Assembly (NCBI RefSeq): GCF_006345805.1
Contig: NC_043004.1
Span: 30,380,001 to 30,444,000, forward strand
Source of the DNA: Octopus sinensis
Taxonomy: Eukaryota
Reading direction: 5' to 3'
DNA: 64,000 nucleotides
Part shown: in pieces, positions 25,296 through 37,818 of the stretch
Layout: each line of letters begins with the position of its first letter
How positions within the stretch are numbered: the first letter of the stretch is position 1
Program-made: the position numbers and the translations under genes
Notes under the pieces: generated by a model
Told to the model about the DNA's origin: nothing
Seen by the model: only the letters and a program-made list of their open reading frames with translations
Database searches by the model: none

Positions 25296-26719
25296 AATGT
25301 TCTTTATGTTGCATTTCTTGTTTCTGTCTTTGTTTCTTTCGTTTAATTGTTTTTTTGTGTTCTTATTTCTCTTTTTGTTCACATTTTTTTTATATCCTGT
25401 ACCCATATATGCATGTATATATACATATATATGTAGGTATGTGCATATATGTATGTATATATGCATATACTTATATATTATATATTATATATATATGTAT
25501 ATATGTATGTATATATAATTGTATATATTGATGCGTGTGTATCTTCATGTCTGTGTTTGTTTCCCACCACCACTTGACAACCAGTGTTTGTGTGTTTACA
25601 TCCTCGTAACTTAGCAGTTTGGTAAAAGAGATTGATAGAATATGTATCGGGTTTAAAAATAAAGCAAAGTACTGGAGTTGATTCATTCAACTAAAAAAAG
25701 TTCTCCAAGATGGTGCCCTGCATTGCCACAGCTTAATGAGTGAAGCAAATAGAAGATAATACACATACATGCACACACACACACACACATAGTAGATGGG
25801 TATTGAATAAATGATAGCAGTTGTATACAAAGTCTATAAAAGTCTACAGTAGACATCTATATAAGAAATTGATAGTCGATGTCTATAGCAGAGGAATTTA
25901 GCAAATATACACTGAAAACATTAGAAGCCATATAAAATAGTATAATATATAATAGAGGCTGTAAACTACAGTAAATGTGTATAGTAGAAAACTAGAATAG
26001 ACATATATATAGAATACTATAAAATTTATGGTAGATATGAATAGAAAATAATAGTTCATGTGTCAAAGAAAAGACTGTATTAAGTGTGTACAGAAGACAA
26101 ATGAAGAAAATAAAACAGAAGATTATAGCAGATGTGTAGAGAAGGGAACTGTAACAGAAGGCCCATAGTTGATGAACACTATAGTACAAGTACTATAGGA
26201 AACTATAGTACAAGTGTTTAAAAGGAGGTGAGAGAAGATGCCTATTGGAAAATGCATAGTATATTTCTATGGAGAAAACTATAGAGGATATCCATAGAAT
26301 TACATTATAGTAGAAGAATAGTCGTAGAAAGGCATAGACAATAGTATATCTATATAGTAAGTATTAGTATATCTAAACAGGAGACATGTATAGATATAAT
26401 ATATACATATAGTACATCTAAGTAAGAGATGTGTATAGATGGTATATCTAAATAGGAGATGTGTATAAAAGATTACAATAGATAGCTATTGAGGAGTGCT
26501 ATAGTGGATAGGTATAAAAGACCATTATAAATGAGTGCATAAGAGAACTATTGTAGATATGTATGGAAAAAATGTAACTGTTGTGTTAAAAAGTATATAG
26601 TAGAACTATGTAGAACTGAAGTATATGAATACATGTAAATGGTGTAGAAGTCTATAGTAGATCTATTTTGAAGACTATAATAGATGGATGCAAAAGTTTA
26701 TAGTAGATGTCTTTAGACA

Positions 26720-27010
26720 CCAAACACATATTACATACAGTAATGTCAATGCCACAGTACTATTGAACATCACACATATATTATATATAAAAATTTCAAT
26801 ACCACAATACTATTAAACACCATATTATTATATAATTTCAGTACCACAGTTCTATTAGACATTATATGCATTTTACATATATTTTCAGTACCACACCTGT
26901 CTCTATTTGACTTTATACACACACAACACAGTACTATAAGACTTTAACACATATATTACATATAATAATTTAAACACTGCAGCACTATTAGATATGGTAT
27001 ACATGTTACA
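26720..27010. repeat. ~40-bp degenerate minisatellite
   Basis: Recurring CAGTACCACAGTACTATTAAACAC..ATATATTACATATAATTT. Confidence 0.7.
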
Positions 27011-27513
27011 TACATTTAGATGATAATAGTAAATTTCTATAGAAAAAGGCTATAGAAACTATATATATAGAGAGAGAAAGTTATAGTAGCTGTGTATGGA
27101 AATCTTTTCTAAGTGCACATAGAGACCTATAGTGGATGTCTATAAAAGACTACAGTAAATGTGTGTAGATGAAAAGTATGATGTCTTTAGAAGACAATAG
27201 TAGATATCTAGAGAAGAAAACTGTCATAGCTGAGAACAACAAACTATAGAAGGTATAATTTCAATAAACTGAAATAAATTTTTTAAAAGCCACTTCATAT
27301 AACCTAACGCACACAAAAGCTGCACTTGATTGTGCATGGGAACATGCAAAATATAGAAAACTGCTGCTAATAATAATAATAACCACAACAACAACTACTA
27401 CTATTACTACTACTACTACTACTGTTACTACTACTACTACTACAATTATGATAACATCAAACAATAATAATAACAATGACAGCAATAATAAGAGTATAAC
27501 AGTAGTAGTAGTA

Positions 27514-27580
<67 letters not shown>

Positions 27581-28319
27581 CGGTAGTAGTTGTTCTTAAA
27601 GAGAACAAAGTGCATGAGGCAGAGAAGGATGAGAAGAAAAAATATATATATAGATTGATAGTTAGATTGACAGATATTGATATACATATATATATATATA
27701 TACATAATACACACACACACACACACACACACGCATTCTTTTATTCCTTGCCTGTCTCCCCACCTCTGTGTGTGTGTGTGTGCATACACAAACACACACA
27801 TTTATTTATTTCTTCTTTTATTATCAACCTCCATCATCAATACCGTGAATGAATCACTTACACATGTCACATACAGTTCACTACTTTGATCCATCTCAAA
27901 CTTTATATCTTTATATTATATAATAACCTGCTTCCTTCCACAGCCGCAATCTCCTCTACCTCCCACCTCCAACCCCCAGTCATCTCACTCTCTCCATCTT
28001 GTAACGCACCAGCTCTCCTTCTCCTTCTTCTCCTTCTTCTCCTCCTCCTAAGTATTCGCTTACTCCCTTCCGTCATGGCTGGTCCTAACAGCTGTAACAA
28101 AACCTCCCACAAAACCCCCATACAACACACGCCAACAAAGCAAGCCAGAATTTAAAAACAACCATAATAAGCCCTTTAAAAAAAGACAAAGCGATCCTCC
28201 CCCTCCAGCGAGTTAACAAACAGGGGGGATGTTTCCTGTAAGGTAATTCTACTCGATGCCATTTAATCTTGCTGCAACCCTTTCATCTTAAATGAGTAAC
28301 GTTTGGTTACTTGGTAGCA

Positions 28320-29570
28320 GTGATAGATGGTGGTGATGGCGATGGTGGTAGTGGTTTTAGTGGTGGTGATGGTGGTAGTGGTGGTGGTAGATGGTGATGG
28401 TGATGGTGGTGATGATGGTGGTGATGATGGCGATGGTGGTAGTGGTTTTAGTGGTGGTGATGGTGGTAGTGATGGTGGTAGATGATGATGGTGATGGTGG
28501 TGATGATGGTGGTGATGATGGCGATGGTGGTAGTGGTTTTAGCGGTGGTGATGGTGGTGTAGTGATGGTGGTAGTGGTTTTAGTGGTGGTGATAGATGAT
28601 GATGGTGATGGTGGTGATGATGGCGGTGGTGGTTGTGGTGGTAGTGATGGTGGTGGTGGGGTGGTGTGGTGGTGGTGGGGTGGTGATGGTGGTGGTGGGG
28701 TGGTGATGGTGGTGGTTGTGGTGGTAGTGATGGTGGTGGTGAGGTGGTGATGGTGGTGGTTGTGGTGGTAGTGATGGTGGTGGTGAGGTGATGATGGTGG
28801 TGGTTGTGGTGGTAGTGATGGTGGTGGTGAGGTGGTGATGGTGGTGGTTGTGGTGGTAGTGATGGTGGTGGTGAGGTGATGATGGTGGTGGTGGACTAGT
28901 GATGGTGGTATTAGTGGTGGTGGAAATGGTGGTGATGGTAGTGTAGATGATGGTGGTGATGGCAGTGGTGGTGACAGGGATGGTGGTGGTGGTGCAGTGC
29001 AAGTGGCAATGGTGTACTATGTGTGTGGTGGTAGTGTAGGTGTAGTAATAATGGTGGAGTTGGTGATGGTGAGATGTTGGTGGTGATGGTGGTTTATTGG
29101 TATGCGCCAGTAGTATTTGTAGTGGAGTTGTTGTAGTGGTACTGTTGTGTAGTGTTCAGTGGTAGTAGTGGAGATGGTGTGGTGGTTGCAGTGATGAGTG
29201 TGTTGTTGGTGGCATTATATGAGTGGTGATTGAGTGTTGTGAGGTAGCAGTTGTGTGGTGGTTATAGTACATGCTATGGTGCATAGTGCAGGGTGGTAGT
29301 ATTGTGACAGTGGAGATTTTTAGTTTCATGTTAGATGTTTAGAATGGTTAGAAGGGTATGAGGCGGTGGGTAATGGCAGTATTTGGTGTTGGGTAGTTAA
29401 TAGTCAGGGGTGGTAGTAGTGGTAGTAGTTATAGTGGAAATGGCGGTGGTGATGGTAGTTTCGGTGGTAGTGTTGGTGGTGATAGTAGTAGTGGTGGTGG
29501 TGGTGGTGATGGTGGCAGTGGAGATAGTGGTGGTAATAGTAACTGTAGTGGTTATGGTGTTGGTGTTAGG
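28320..29570. repeat. Complex (GGT/GAT)n trinucleotide tract with higher-order units
   Basis: Repeated GATGGCGATGGTGGTAGTGGTTTTAG and GGTTGTGGTGGTAGTGATGGTGGTGGTGAGG, decaying 3'-ward. Confidence 0.9.
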
Positions 29571-29589
29571 GATGGCTTCTGTCTTTTGT

Positions 29590-29780
29590 CTACCATCATC
29601 ATCATCACCACCATCATCATCATCACCACCATCATCATCATCATCATTACTGCCACTGTTACCACCACCACCATCTCAATCATCATCATCTTCATCATTA
29701 CCTTCACCATCATCATCATCATTCACTCCTATTATTATCATCACTACCACCAACATTGCTGCTGACGTCATCATCATCAT

Positions 29781-29827
<47 letters not shown>

Positions 29828-30750
29828 CCATCTCTTCAAGTTATAATGTTAATCTTCTTTTTCTTCTTCTTTCTTCTTATTTTCCTCTATATCTATATTT
29901 TTATTTCACTTCACATCTCTATTATTGTCTTTCCTTGATTTTCTTTGAATTTTTTCTCCAATGTTTTCTTCTCCAAATTCTGTTCTTCCTGCAAAATGGA
30001 ATTTTTTTTTCTATCTTATTTCTAATTTTCTTTTTTTTTTTTAATTATTTCAATTCACCAAGCTACGATATTATTTTTAGCAGTGGCAACATACACCAGC
30101 AGCAACAACAACAACAACAACAACAACAACACCCACTACAACAATAACAACAGAGGAAACGTACGATTGTTGCAGCAGCAGCAACAGCTGCAACAGCAAC
30201 AACAACAAGTGAAGCAGCAACAGTAGCAACAACAACAACAACCACCACAGTGGCAATATATTACTGGAAGCAGCAGCAGCAGCAGTGGCAGCAGCAGTAA
30301 CTGCAACTACAACAACAACAGATGCAGCAGCAGCTGCAACAACAACTACAGCAACAATTATAACTATATCAACAACAACAACAACAACAACAATAGAAGT
30401 AACATTGTCACTTGCAACTACATCATTATCATCATCATCGTCACTACCACTATCACCATCACCACCACCACCATAATCATCATCACCACCATCACTACTA
30501 TCACCACCACCACTATCACCACTACTACATCATCACTACAATCACCACCACCACCACCACCACCACCACCACCAACACCACCACCATCAAGGCACCCTCC
30601 ACCACCACCACTGCTATCACTATCACCTCCACCATCACCGCTATCACTATCACCATTACCACCACCGCCACCACCACCATCATCACCACCATAACTACCA
30701 CCACTACCACCACCACTACCACCACCACCACCACCACCATCATCATCATA
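29590..30750. repeat. (CAT)n, (CAA/CAG)n and (CAC)n tracts
   Basis: Seen directly. Confidence 0.9.
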
Positions 30751-30944
30751 AGCAACAACAGTTACAGCTGTTCCATATCTGTTTCCTAAAGTAACAATAA
30801 TGAGATTACACAAAGATGGCAGTAATTTTACAGCAGACATCTCAGGAAATAATGCATTTAGCCATTTTTGCTTTGTTGTTACACAACTTTGTTTAAAATT
30901 AGAGCTACTGCTGCTTCTATCTATCTACACTTTGTATAACTCTA

Positions 30945-31640
30945 CCATACTCTGGAGCTACTGTATGCACGCCTGGGTATACACTGGAGCTACAGTTTAC
31001 ACATCTGGGTAAACACTGGAATACTATATACACACTTGGGTATATAACGGAGTACTGCATGTGCAGCTGGGTATATATTGGAGTGCTACATACACTCTCG
31101 GGTATACACTAGCGATATGGTTTATGCATTTGGGTATACATTTGAGTACTGCTTATGCACCTGGGTATACAGTGGAGCAGTGCATGCACACCTGTGTATG
31201 TATAGTGTACTACATATTCACGTGGGTAATGCACTGGTAAAATGCATACGTAATAGAGTATACAGTAGAATACTGCTCACACATCAGGGTGTCCATCTTA
31301 GTATTGCAATATACACTTGGGTATACACATCAGAGTATATGCTGGATTACTGCTTATGCACCTGGGTGTACATCATAGTATTGCATTCATACCATGATAG
31401 ACATCTTAGTATTCCAATATCCACCTGAATAAATACTTAGTAAAATCTTAGTATTACAATATATTCCTGTGTATACATCATATCATTGTTTAAAAACTTG
31501 TGTACACATCTCATTATTACATTAACATTTGAATATTATATACTGTAGTTCTTCTTACACACCAGGATATAGGATATGCATTTCAGTATTACATTCCCAT
31601 CTGGGTATAAATCATAGTATTGCATACACTTTTGTGAATA
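30945..31640. repeat. ~30-bp degenerate minisatellite
   Basis: Recurring CACCTGGGTATACACTGGAGTACTGC. Confidence 0.8.
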
Positions 31641-31704
31641 TCTAGTTATTAATACCAATCCTAAAACTGTGTTATTTAAATATTAGTTTGAATATACAGT
31701 AATA

Positions 31705-32000
31705 GCGAAGTTTTCATGACTCAGTGGTTTCGGTGTTGGACACAGGATCATAAGATTGTGGCTTCGATTCCTGGACCAGGTGACATGCTGTGTTTTAAAG
31801 CAAAACACTTTGTCTCATGTTGGCGAACACATTGTGCTCTTGAGCAAAACACTTCACTTCATGTTGCTCTAGTCCACTCAGTTGGCAAAAAGTAATGTTG
31901 TGATGGACTGGTGGCCCATCCAGATGATGAATATATACACCCTGGAAACTGGGAAACCAGCCCTCATAAGTCTATATGACTCAGGAAGGATCTTTATCCT
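31705..32000 (+). mobile_element. Older family D-like SINE
   Basis: TGACTCAGTGGTT..GCTTCGATTCC (A/B boxes), TTGAGCAAAACACTT, GTGATGGACTGG..CCCATCCAG..GGAAAC. Confidence 0.65.
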
Positions 32001-32014
32001 ATACAATAATAATG

Positions 32015-32172
32015 TTTACTTGTTTCAGTCATTTGACTGTGGCCATCCTGGAGCATCGCCTTTAGTTGAGCCTAGTACTTATTCTATCAGTCTCTTTTGC
32101 TGAACCGCTAAATTATGGGGACGTAAACACACCACCATCGGTTGTCAGGCAATGTTGGGGAAACAAACACAG

Positions 32173-32210
<38 letters not shown>

Positions 32211-32310
32211 ATATATACGAGGGGCTTCTTTCAGTTTCTGTCTGCCAAATCCACTCACAAGGCTTTGGTTGGCCTGAGGCTATAGTAGAAGACACTTGCC
32301 CAGGTGCCAC
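32015..32310 (-). mobile_element. Family B SINE
   Basis: Matches 3391-3730. Confidence 0.85.
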
Positions 32311-32339
32311 ATAAACATTATAGGTTTATATGTAATATA

Positions 32340-32955
32340 GGTGTAGGAGTGGCTGTGTGGTAGGCTTGCTTACCAACCACATGGTTCTGGGTTCAGTCCC
32401 ACTATGTGGCACCTCAGGCAAGTATCTTTGTTATAGCCTTGGGCCGACCAAAGCCTTGTGAGTGGATTTGGTAGACAGAAACTGAAAGAAGCCTGTCGTA
32501 TATATATATAATATATATATATTATATTATATATATATAATATCATCATCATCATCATCATCGTTTAACGTCCGCTTTCCATGCTAGCATGGGTTGGACT
32601 GTTCAACTGGGGTCTGGGGAGCCCGAAGGCTGCCCCAGGCCAGTCAGATCTGGCAGTGTTTCTACAGCTGGATGCCCTTCCTAACGCCAACCACTCCGAG
32701 AGTGTGTGGGTTGATTTTATGTGCTACCAACACATGTGCCAGACGAGGCTGGCAAACGGCCACGCTCAGATGGTGTTTTTTATGTGCCACCGACACAGAT
32801 GCCAGACGAGGCTGGCAAACGGCCACGCTCGGATGGTGTTTTTTATGTGCCACCGACACAGGTGCCAGACGAGGCCGGCGAACGGCCACGACGGATGGTG
32901 TTTGTTACGTGCCCACGCACGGAGGCCAGTCGATGCGGTACTGGCTACGGCCTAT

Positions 32956-32986
<31 letters not shown>

Positions 32987-33399
32987 CATCATCATCATCA
33001 TCATCGTTTAACGTCCGCTTTCCATGCTAGCATGGGTTGGACTGTTCAACTGGGGTCTGGGGAGCCCGAAGGCTGCCCCAGGCCAGTCAGATCTGGCAGT
33101 GTTTCTACAGCTGGATGCCCTTCCTAACGCCAACCACTCCGAGAGTGTGTGGGTTGATTTTATGTGCTACCAACACAGGTGCCAGACGAGGCTGGCAAAC
33201 GGCCACGCTCAGATGGTGTTTTTTATGTGCCACCGACACAGATGCCAGACGAGGCTGGCAAACGGCCACGCTCGGATGGTGTTTTTTATGTGCCACCGAC
33301 ACAGGTGCCAGACGAGGCCGGCGAACGGCCACGATCGGATGGTGTTTGTTACGTGCCCACGCACGGAGGCCAGTCGATGCGGTACTGGCTACGGCCTAT

Positions 33400-33430
<31 letters not shown>

Positions 33431-34090
33431 CATCATCATCATCATCATCGTTTAACGTCCGCTTTCCATGCTAGCATGGGTTGGACTGTTCAACTGGGGT
33501 CTGGGGAGCCCGAAGGCTGCCCCAGGCCAGTCAGATCTGGCAGTGTTTCTACAGCTGGATGCCCTTCCTAACGCCAACCACTCCGAGAGTGTAGTGGGTT
33601 GATTTTATGTGCTACCAACACAGGTGCCAGACGAGGCTGGCAAACGGCCACGCTCAGATGGTGTTTTTTATGTGCCACCGACACAGATGCCAGACGAGGC
33701 TGGCAAACGGCCACGCTCGGATGGTGTTTTTTATGTGCCACCGACACAGGTGCCAGACGAGGCCGGCGAACGGCCACGATCGGATGGTGTTTGTTACGTG
33801 CCCACGCACGGAGGCCAGTCGATGCGGTACTGGCTACGGCCTATATATATATATATATGTAGTATGTATATGTTTGTGTGTCTGTGTTTGTGTCCCCACC
33901 CCCACCATCACTTGACAACTGATGTTCATGTGTTTATGTCCCTGTAACTTAGCAGTTTGGCAAAAGAGACTAATAGAATAAGTACTAGGTTTACAAAGAA
34001 TAAGTTCTGGGGTTGATTTTTTTCAACTCAAAAGCAGTGCTCCAGCATGGCTGCAGTCAAGACGACTGAAACAAATAAAAGAGTAAAGGA
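32340..34090 (+). mobile_element. Family B SINE split by an insertion (head 32340-32500, tail ~33860-34090)
   Basis: Head GGTGTAGGAGTGGCTGTGTGG; tail resumes TGTTTGTGTCCCC..CTTGACAACTGATG after the triplicated insert. Confidence 0.85.
32541..33843 (-). repeat. Three near-identical tandem copies (443-444 bp period) of a family C SINE, each with 63-bp sub-repeats
   Basis: CGTTTAACGTCC at 32562, 33005 and 33449; TGCCAGACGAGG at 32737, 32800 and 32863. Confidence 0.95.
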
Positions 34091-34779
34091 GTATAAGAGA
34101 ATAAAACATTATGACTGATAAATGTAAATGCTATAAGATTGGAGGGAATAGTTTTTACAAAATTTTTATCAATTTTGGTTATTTTGGGATATACTAATAG
34201 AAAAAATATGTTAAAATTCATGATAAAATCTATAAGAGATAGGCATGAGAAAACTGATGCATGGTTTGTAATTACATGGTGAGTGTGTGTGTGTGTGTGT
34301 GTGTGTTTGTGTCTATGTGTGTATGTGAGTGCATGTTTGCATATGTGCATATGTGTGTGCCACCCGGGAAAATATTTGTGTATGACTTCAGTGATGTTAT
34401 ATTAGACATTGGGTGACAATGTGATCATAAATTTGATAAAGTGACAGAGTATCTAATGTGCTGGTTAATATTTGCAAGGAGTGAGATTATTACACAAGCA
34501 TGAACCTAAGCCCAATCCTTATGCCCACCTTTACATGTGACTCCCTCTAAAGATTCCTCACGAAACAATCCCTTTTTTCTCAGAATGTCATCCCTCTAGA
34601 ATTCTCTCCTAGCTTTCCTTTTTTTTTCTTAAGCATTTGTTTGTTACAAAGTCCTTAAATGACTGAAAACATAAGAGATGCTGGAATAAAATGGACGCTA
34701 GACAGAAGTCAATAGGTGATGTTGTACATTAGACTTAAAAGACTAGAGGTCATATTAAAGAGGAAAACAAGACTGAGGA

Positions 34780-35560
34780 AGAGAATTCGAAAGTTCAGGG
34801 GTGCGAGGGAAGAAACTGGTACTGTAAAGTACTTTACAATACTTGCACAGTAAACTGGATGCAAGTCTAGTTGATCACTGATAAGTTCTTAAAGGCGGAA
34901 CCAGAGAAGAGAGCTCAGCTGAACAATGTCCATGAAAATACTTATAGAAAAGAGACAAGGAAGCCACATGACAATGATGAGAGAGTGAATCTAATTTAGA
35001 AGAGAGATCAGGACCAATAGTATTACAAATACGGCACTGAATGTGCTCCAACAGAGTTAAACAATCCACAGGGGCACCTGCCCATATGTGATAACAGTAC
35101 TCAATGGTGAACTTTTGAAGATAAAGAATAGTCCCAAGAGTGAGTTAACTCCTCAAACAAAGGAGTGGGTCTATCTTCATTGCAGCTGATTTGGCAACAG
35201 ATTCATTGCAAGTCCTCCATGAAAAGTCATTACAGAAAGTCGCTCCTAGGAGACGAAGTGACTGACGCTCAGGTAAGTCAATATCATCCACCAAAAGCGA
35301 TGGCAAGAAAGGATTAATTGAAGTGATTAATTGAAAGAAGTTTAATTTTTAATGGACTGGGCGTTACAAGCCATTTCCTACCCCACTCAACAAGAGATTG
35401 AAATCATTCTCAAGATTAGCAGTGATCTCAACCTTATCAGACAAGTCATCAGATTTGTCCAAACAAGAGTACAAAGTAGAGTCATCAGTATAGATTACTA
35501 ACTGACAGATGATATAATCAGGCAGATCATTGATACAAAGTTGGGCCCAGGACAGATCCC
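34780..35560 (-). pseudogene. CR1-group LINE RT 3' fragment
   Basis: Minus strand: GSVLGPTL..INDLPDYIICQLVIYTDDSTLYS; LDSLSHHCHVASLSLFYKYFHGHCSAELSSLVP. Confidence 0.85.
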
Positions 35561-36242
35561 AAATGGCTTAATGACCAAGTATCTTAGCACTCAACTAGCC
35601 TAGTCTACCTTGGTACTATAGAGTAGGGAAAAACTCACTGCTCTAAGCATCAACTTCACTCTAAAATGCACAAGTGGTTTGCGTGATTGTGGTGTGAGTT
35701 AAAATTCATCTGTGAGTGTTGCTAGCATCTGTTTAGTGAACAATGATCAAGCAACCTTTGGTCAAAAACATTCCAGCATGACCATTCCTTTAGAATTATC
35801 AAAGGATATGTTAACTCTCATGATCTGTTTTGTAAGCTAGAGAATTACGATTTGAGCTTCATGTAGCTGCCATTTCTAATATACTGATTGGCCTCATAAA
35901 TTCCAGCAAGGCAAGTAGATGACACTTGCTTCATGTGCAAATAATCAGTAGAACTGCTACACATTAATTCCTGTGATCAACTGATTGATTTACCTCATAA
36001 TTAATTAATTAATCAGCTAAACATTAACTATACAAACCTCAGCATTTAACCGTATCTTTTAGTGTTAGAGCAGGGAACCTTGGAAAATTAGGGTCACTGG
36101 TCTGTTTCGTTTGAGAAATTAATGAGATGATGGGAAGTGAAGAGAGAGAGGTGCACAGAGTTACATGAAATAACGATGGATCAAAATCTTAGAGATCAAA
36201 GTCAGATCAAAGGGAGTTGTCCCAAAACAACACACTATCAGT

Positions 36243-36485
36243 AATGATAGTGATGATGATGATGATGACGACGAGGAAGAGGACGAGGATGAGGAAGAGG
36301 AAGAGGATGATAAAGAGGATGATGATGATGATGATGAAGATGAGGATGAAGGTGAGGATGAAGGTGAGGATGAAGATGAGGATGAAGGCGAGGATGAAGA
36401 GGAGCATGAAAATGAAAATGAAGATGAGGATGAAGAGGATGATGAAGTGAGGAAGAGGATGATGAGGAAAAGGAGGAGGAGGAGG
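36243..36485. repeat. (GAT/GAG/GAA)n purine-rich tract
   Basis: Seen directly. Confidence 0.85.
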
Positions 36486-36744
36486 TCCAGAATTTAGTTA
36501 ATATTTACAAAAGAAGTATACTAAATCACAGAGGAGTACTTTATTAAGTAATGTTCAAATTAGAGCATTGAATAATTTGAAACCAAAATTTACTAAATGT
36601 GCCTGGAGTATATTTGGAAAAAATAAAACAACACAAAAGGGAAGAGGAAGAAATGAAGGAGTTATATTTTATTTTAATAGGAAATTTGTAGTTTTGTGAA
36701 AGTCTTGTCCTGTCATTCACTTCATATTTTTGGCTCATTTGAGG

Positions 36745-36930
36745 AATACTGGTTAACTTCAGAACTGGTGACAACTATTGGTGAAATTTAGTACCACAGA
36801 AGGAGTATTGGTTAAATCTAGAGTTAGGAAGGATTGGTTAACTGTAGTGTTAAGAAGTATTGGTTACCTGTTGCACTAAAGAGTACTGGTTAACTCTAGT
36901 GTTAAGGAATATTGGTTAACCGTAAGTTAT
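36745..36930. repeat. ~26-bp minisatellite
   Basis: Recurring TATTGGTTAAC..TAGTGTTAAGGA. Confidence 0.8.
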
Positions 36931-37169
36931 ACTGGAGTATCTCAGGAAATGTATTCAAACTGATATCCGTAGAAAGAAACGTTTTTAACTATTTTTTCCC
37001 ATTATTTGATATTTGATTGATTTAATTAATATCATTATATTCTAACAATTGATGTCCACTCCATCACCACCTCACCAATCGCAGTTAGATGTCTGGAGGG
37101 AATTACCAGACTTTAATGCCAAGAATACAGTAAAAGTAAAACTGAAATCTCAGTTGACAGTTTAATAAT

Positions 37170-37818
37170 AATGGATTTAAATATTTGCACAAGGCCAGTG
37201 ATTTTAGGGGAGGGGGAAAAGTTAATTACATTAACCCTGGAGCTCAACTGGTACTTATTTTATCAACCACAAAAAGATGAAAGGCAAAGTTAATCTCAGT
37301 GGAATTTGAACTCAGAATGTAAAAGGCCAGAAGAAATGTTGCTAAGCAGTTTTGCTGCAATTTGAATGGAAGGAGACAAGTAGATTACATTGACTGTAGT
37401 CAATGTAATGATCTGTTTGATTGCTATTTTATTTTATTAACCCCAAAAGAATGAAAAGCATTGAAAAGCCTCAGTGGAGTTTGACTTCAGAATGTAAAAG
37501 GCCAAAAGAAATGCTAAGCGTTTTGTCCAATGCACTGAAAATTCTGCTAGCTTACGCCTTTGTTATTGATGAAGACGACAATGATAATGGTGATGATGAC
37601 GACGACAACAACAATAACAATATTAATGATTTCTTTATTAACCACCAATGTTTAATGAAAATGATAATCCTTTCTACTATAGGCACAAGGCCTAAAATTT
37701 TGGGAGAGGGTGCTAGTCAATCACATCAACCCCAAAATGATGAAAAGCAGTCAACCTTAATGGCACCTGATTCTAAGCATCTTGTCAGGTATGCTAGCGA
37801 TTCTGCCAGCTCGCTCCT
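37170..37818 (-). mobile_element. Cluster of three family A SINE copies
   Basis: Repeated GCACAAGGCC..TGAAAGGCAAAGT..CTCAGAATGTAAAAGGCC..CTAAGC. Confidence 0.75.

Larger units (their letters stand above)
13680..27260 (+). repeat. Old degenerate ~23-bp satellite (consensus ~GACTATAGTAGATGTGTATAGAA), fragmented by insertions
   Basis: Same-orientation blocks at ~13680-13900, 14255-14990, 16260-16400, 20400-21255, 21390-21725, 22658-22710, 23920-23985, 25790-26715 and 27020-27260. Confidence 0.8.

Noticed and set aside
32581-33947. Repeat-protein ORFs or a CRISPR-like array
   Set aside because: 63-bp SINE sub-repeats with no unique spacers; eukaryotic context; no cas genes
36217-36485. Acidic D/E-rich exon candidate
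   Set aside because: Simple GAN repeat with no convincing splice sites or flanking coding sequence
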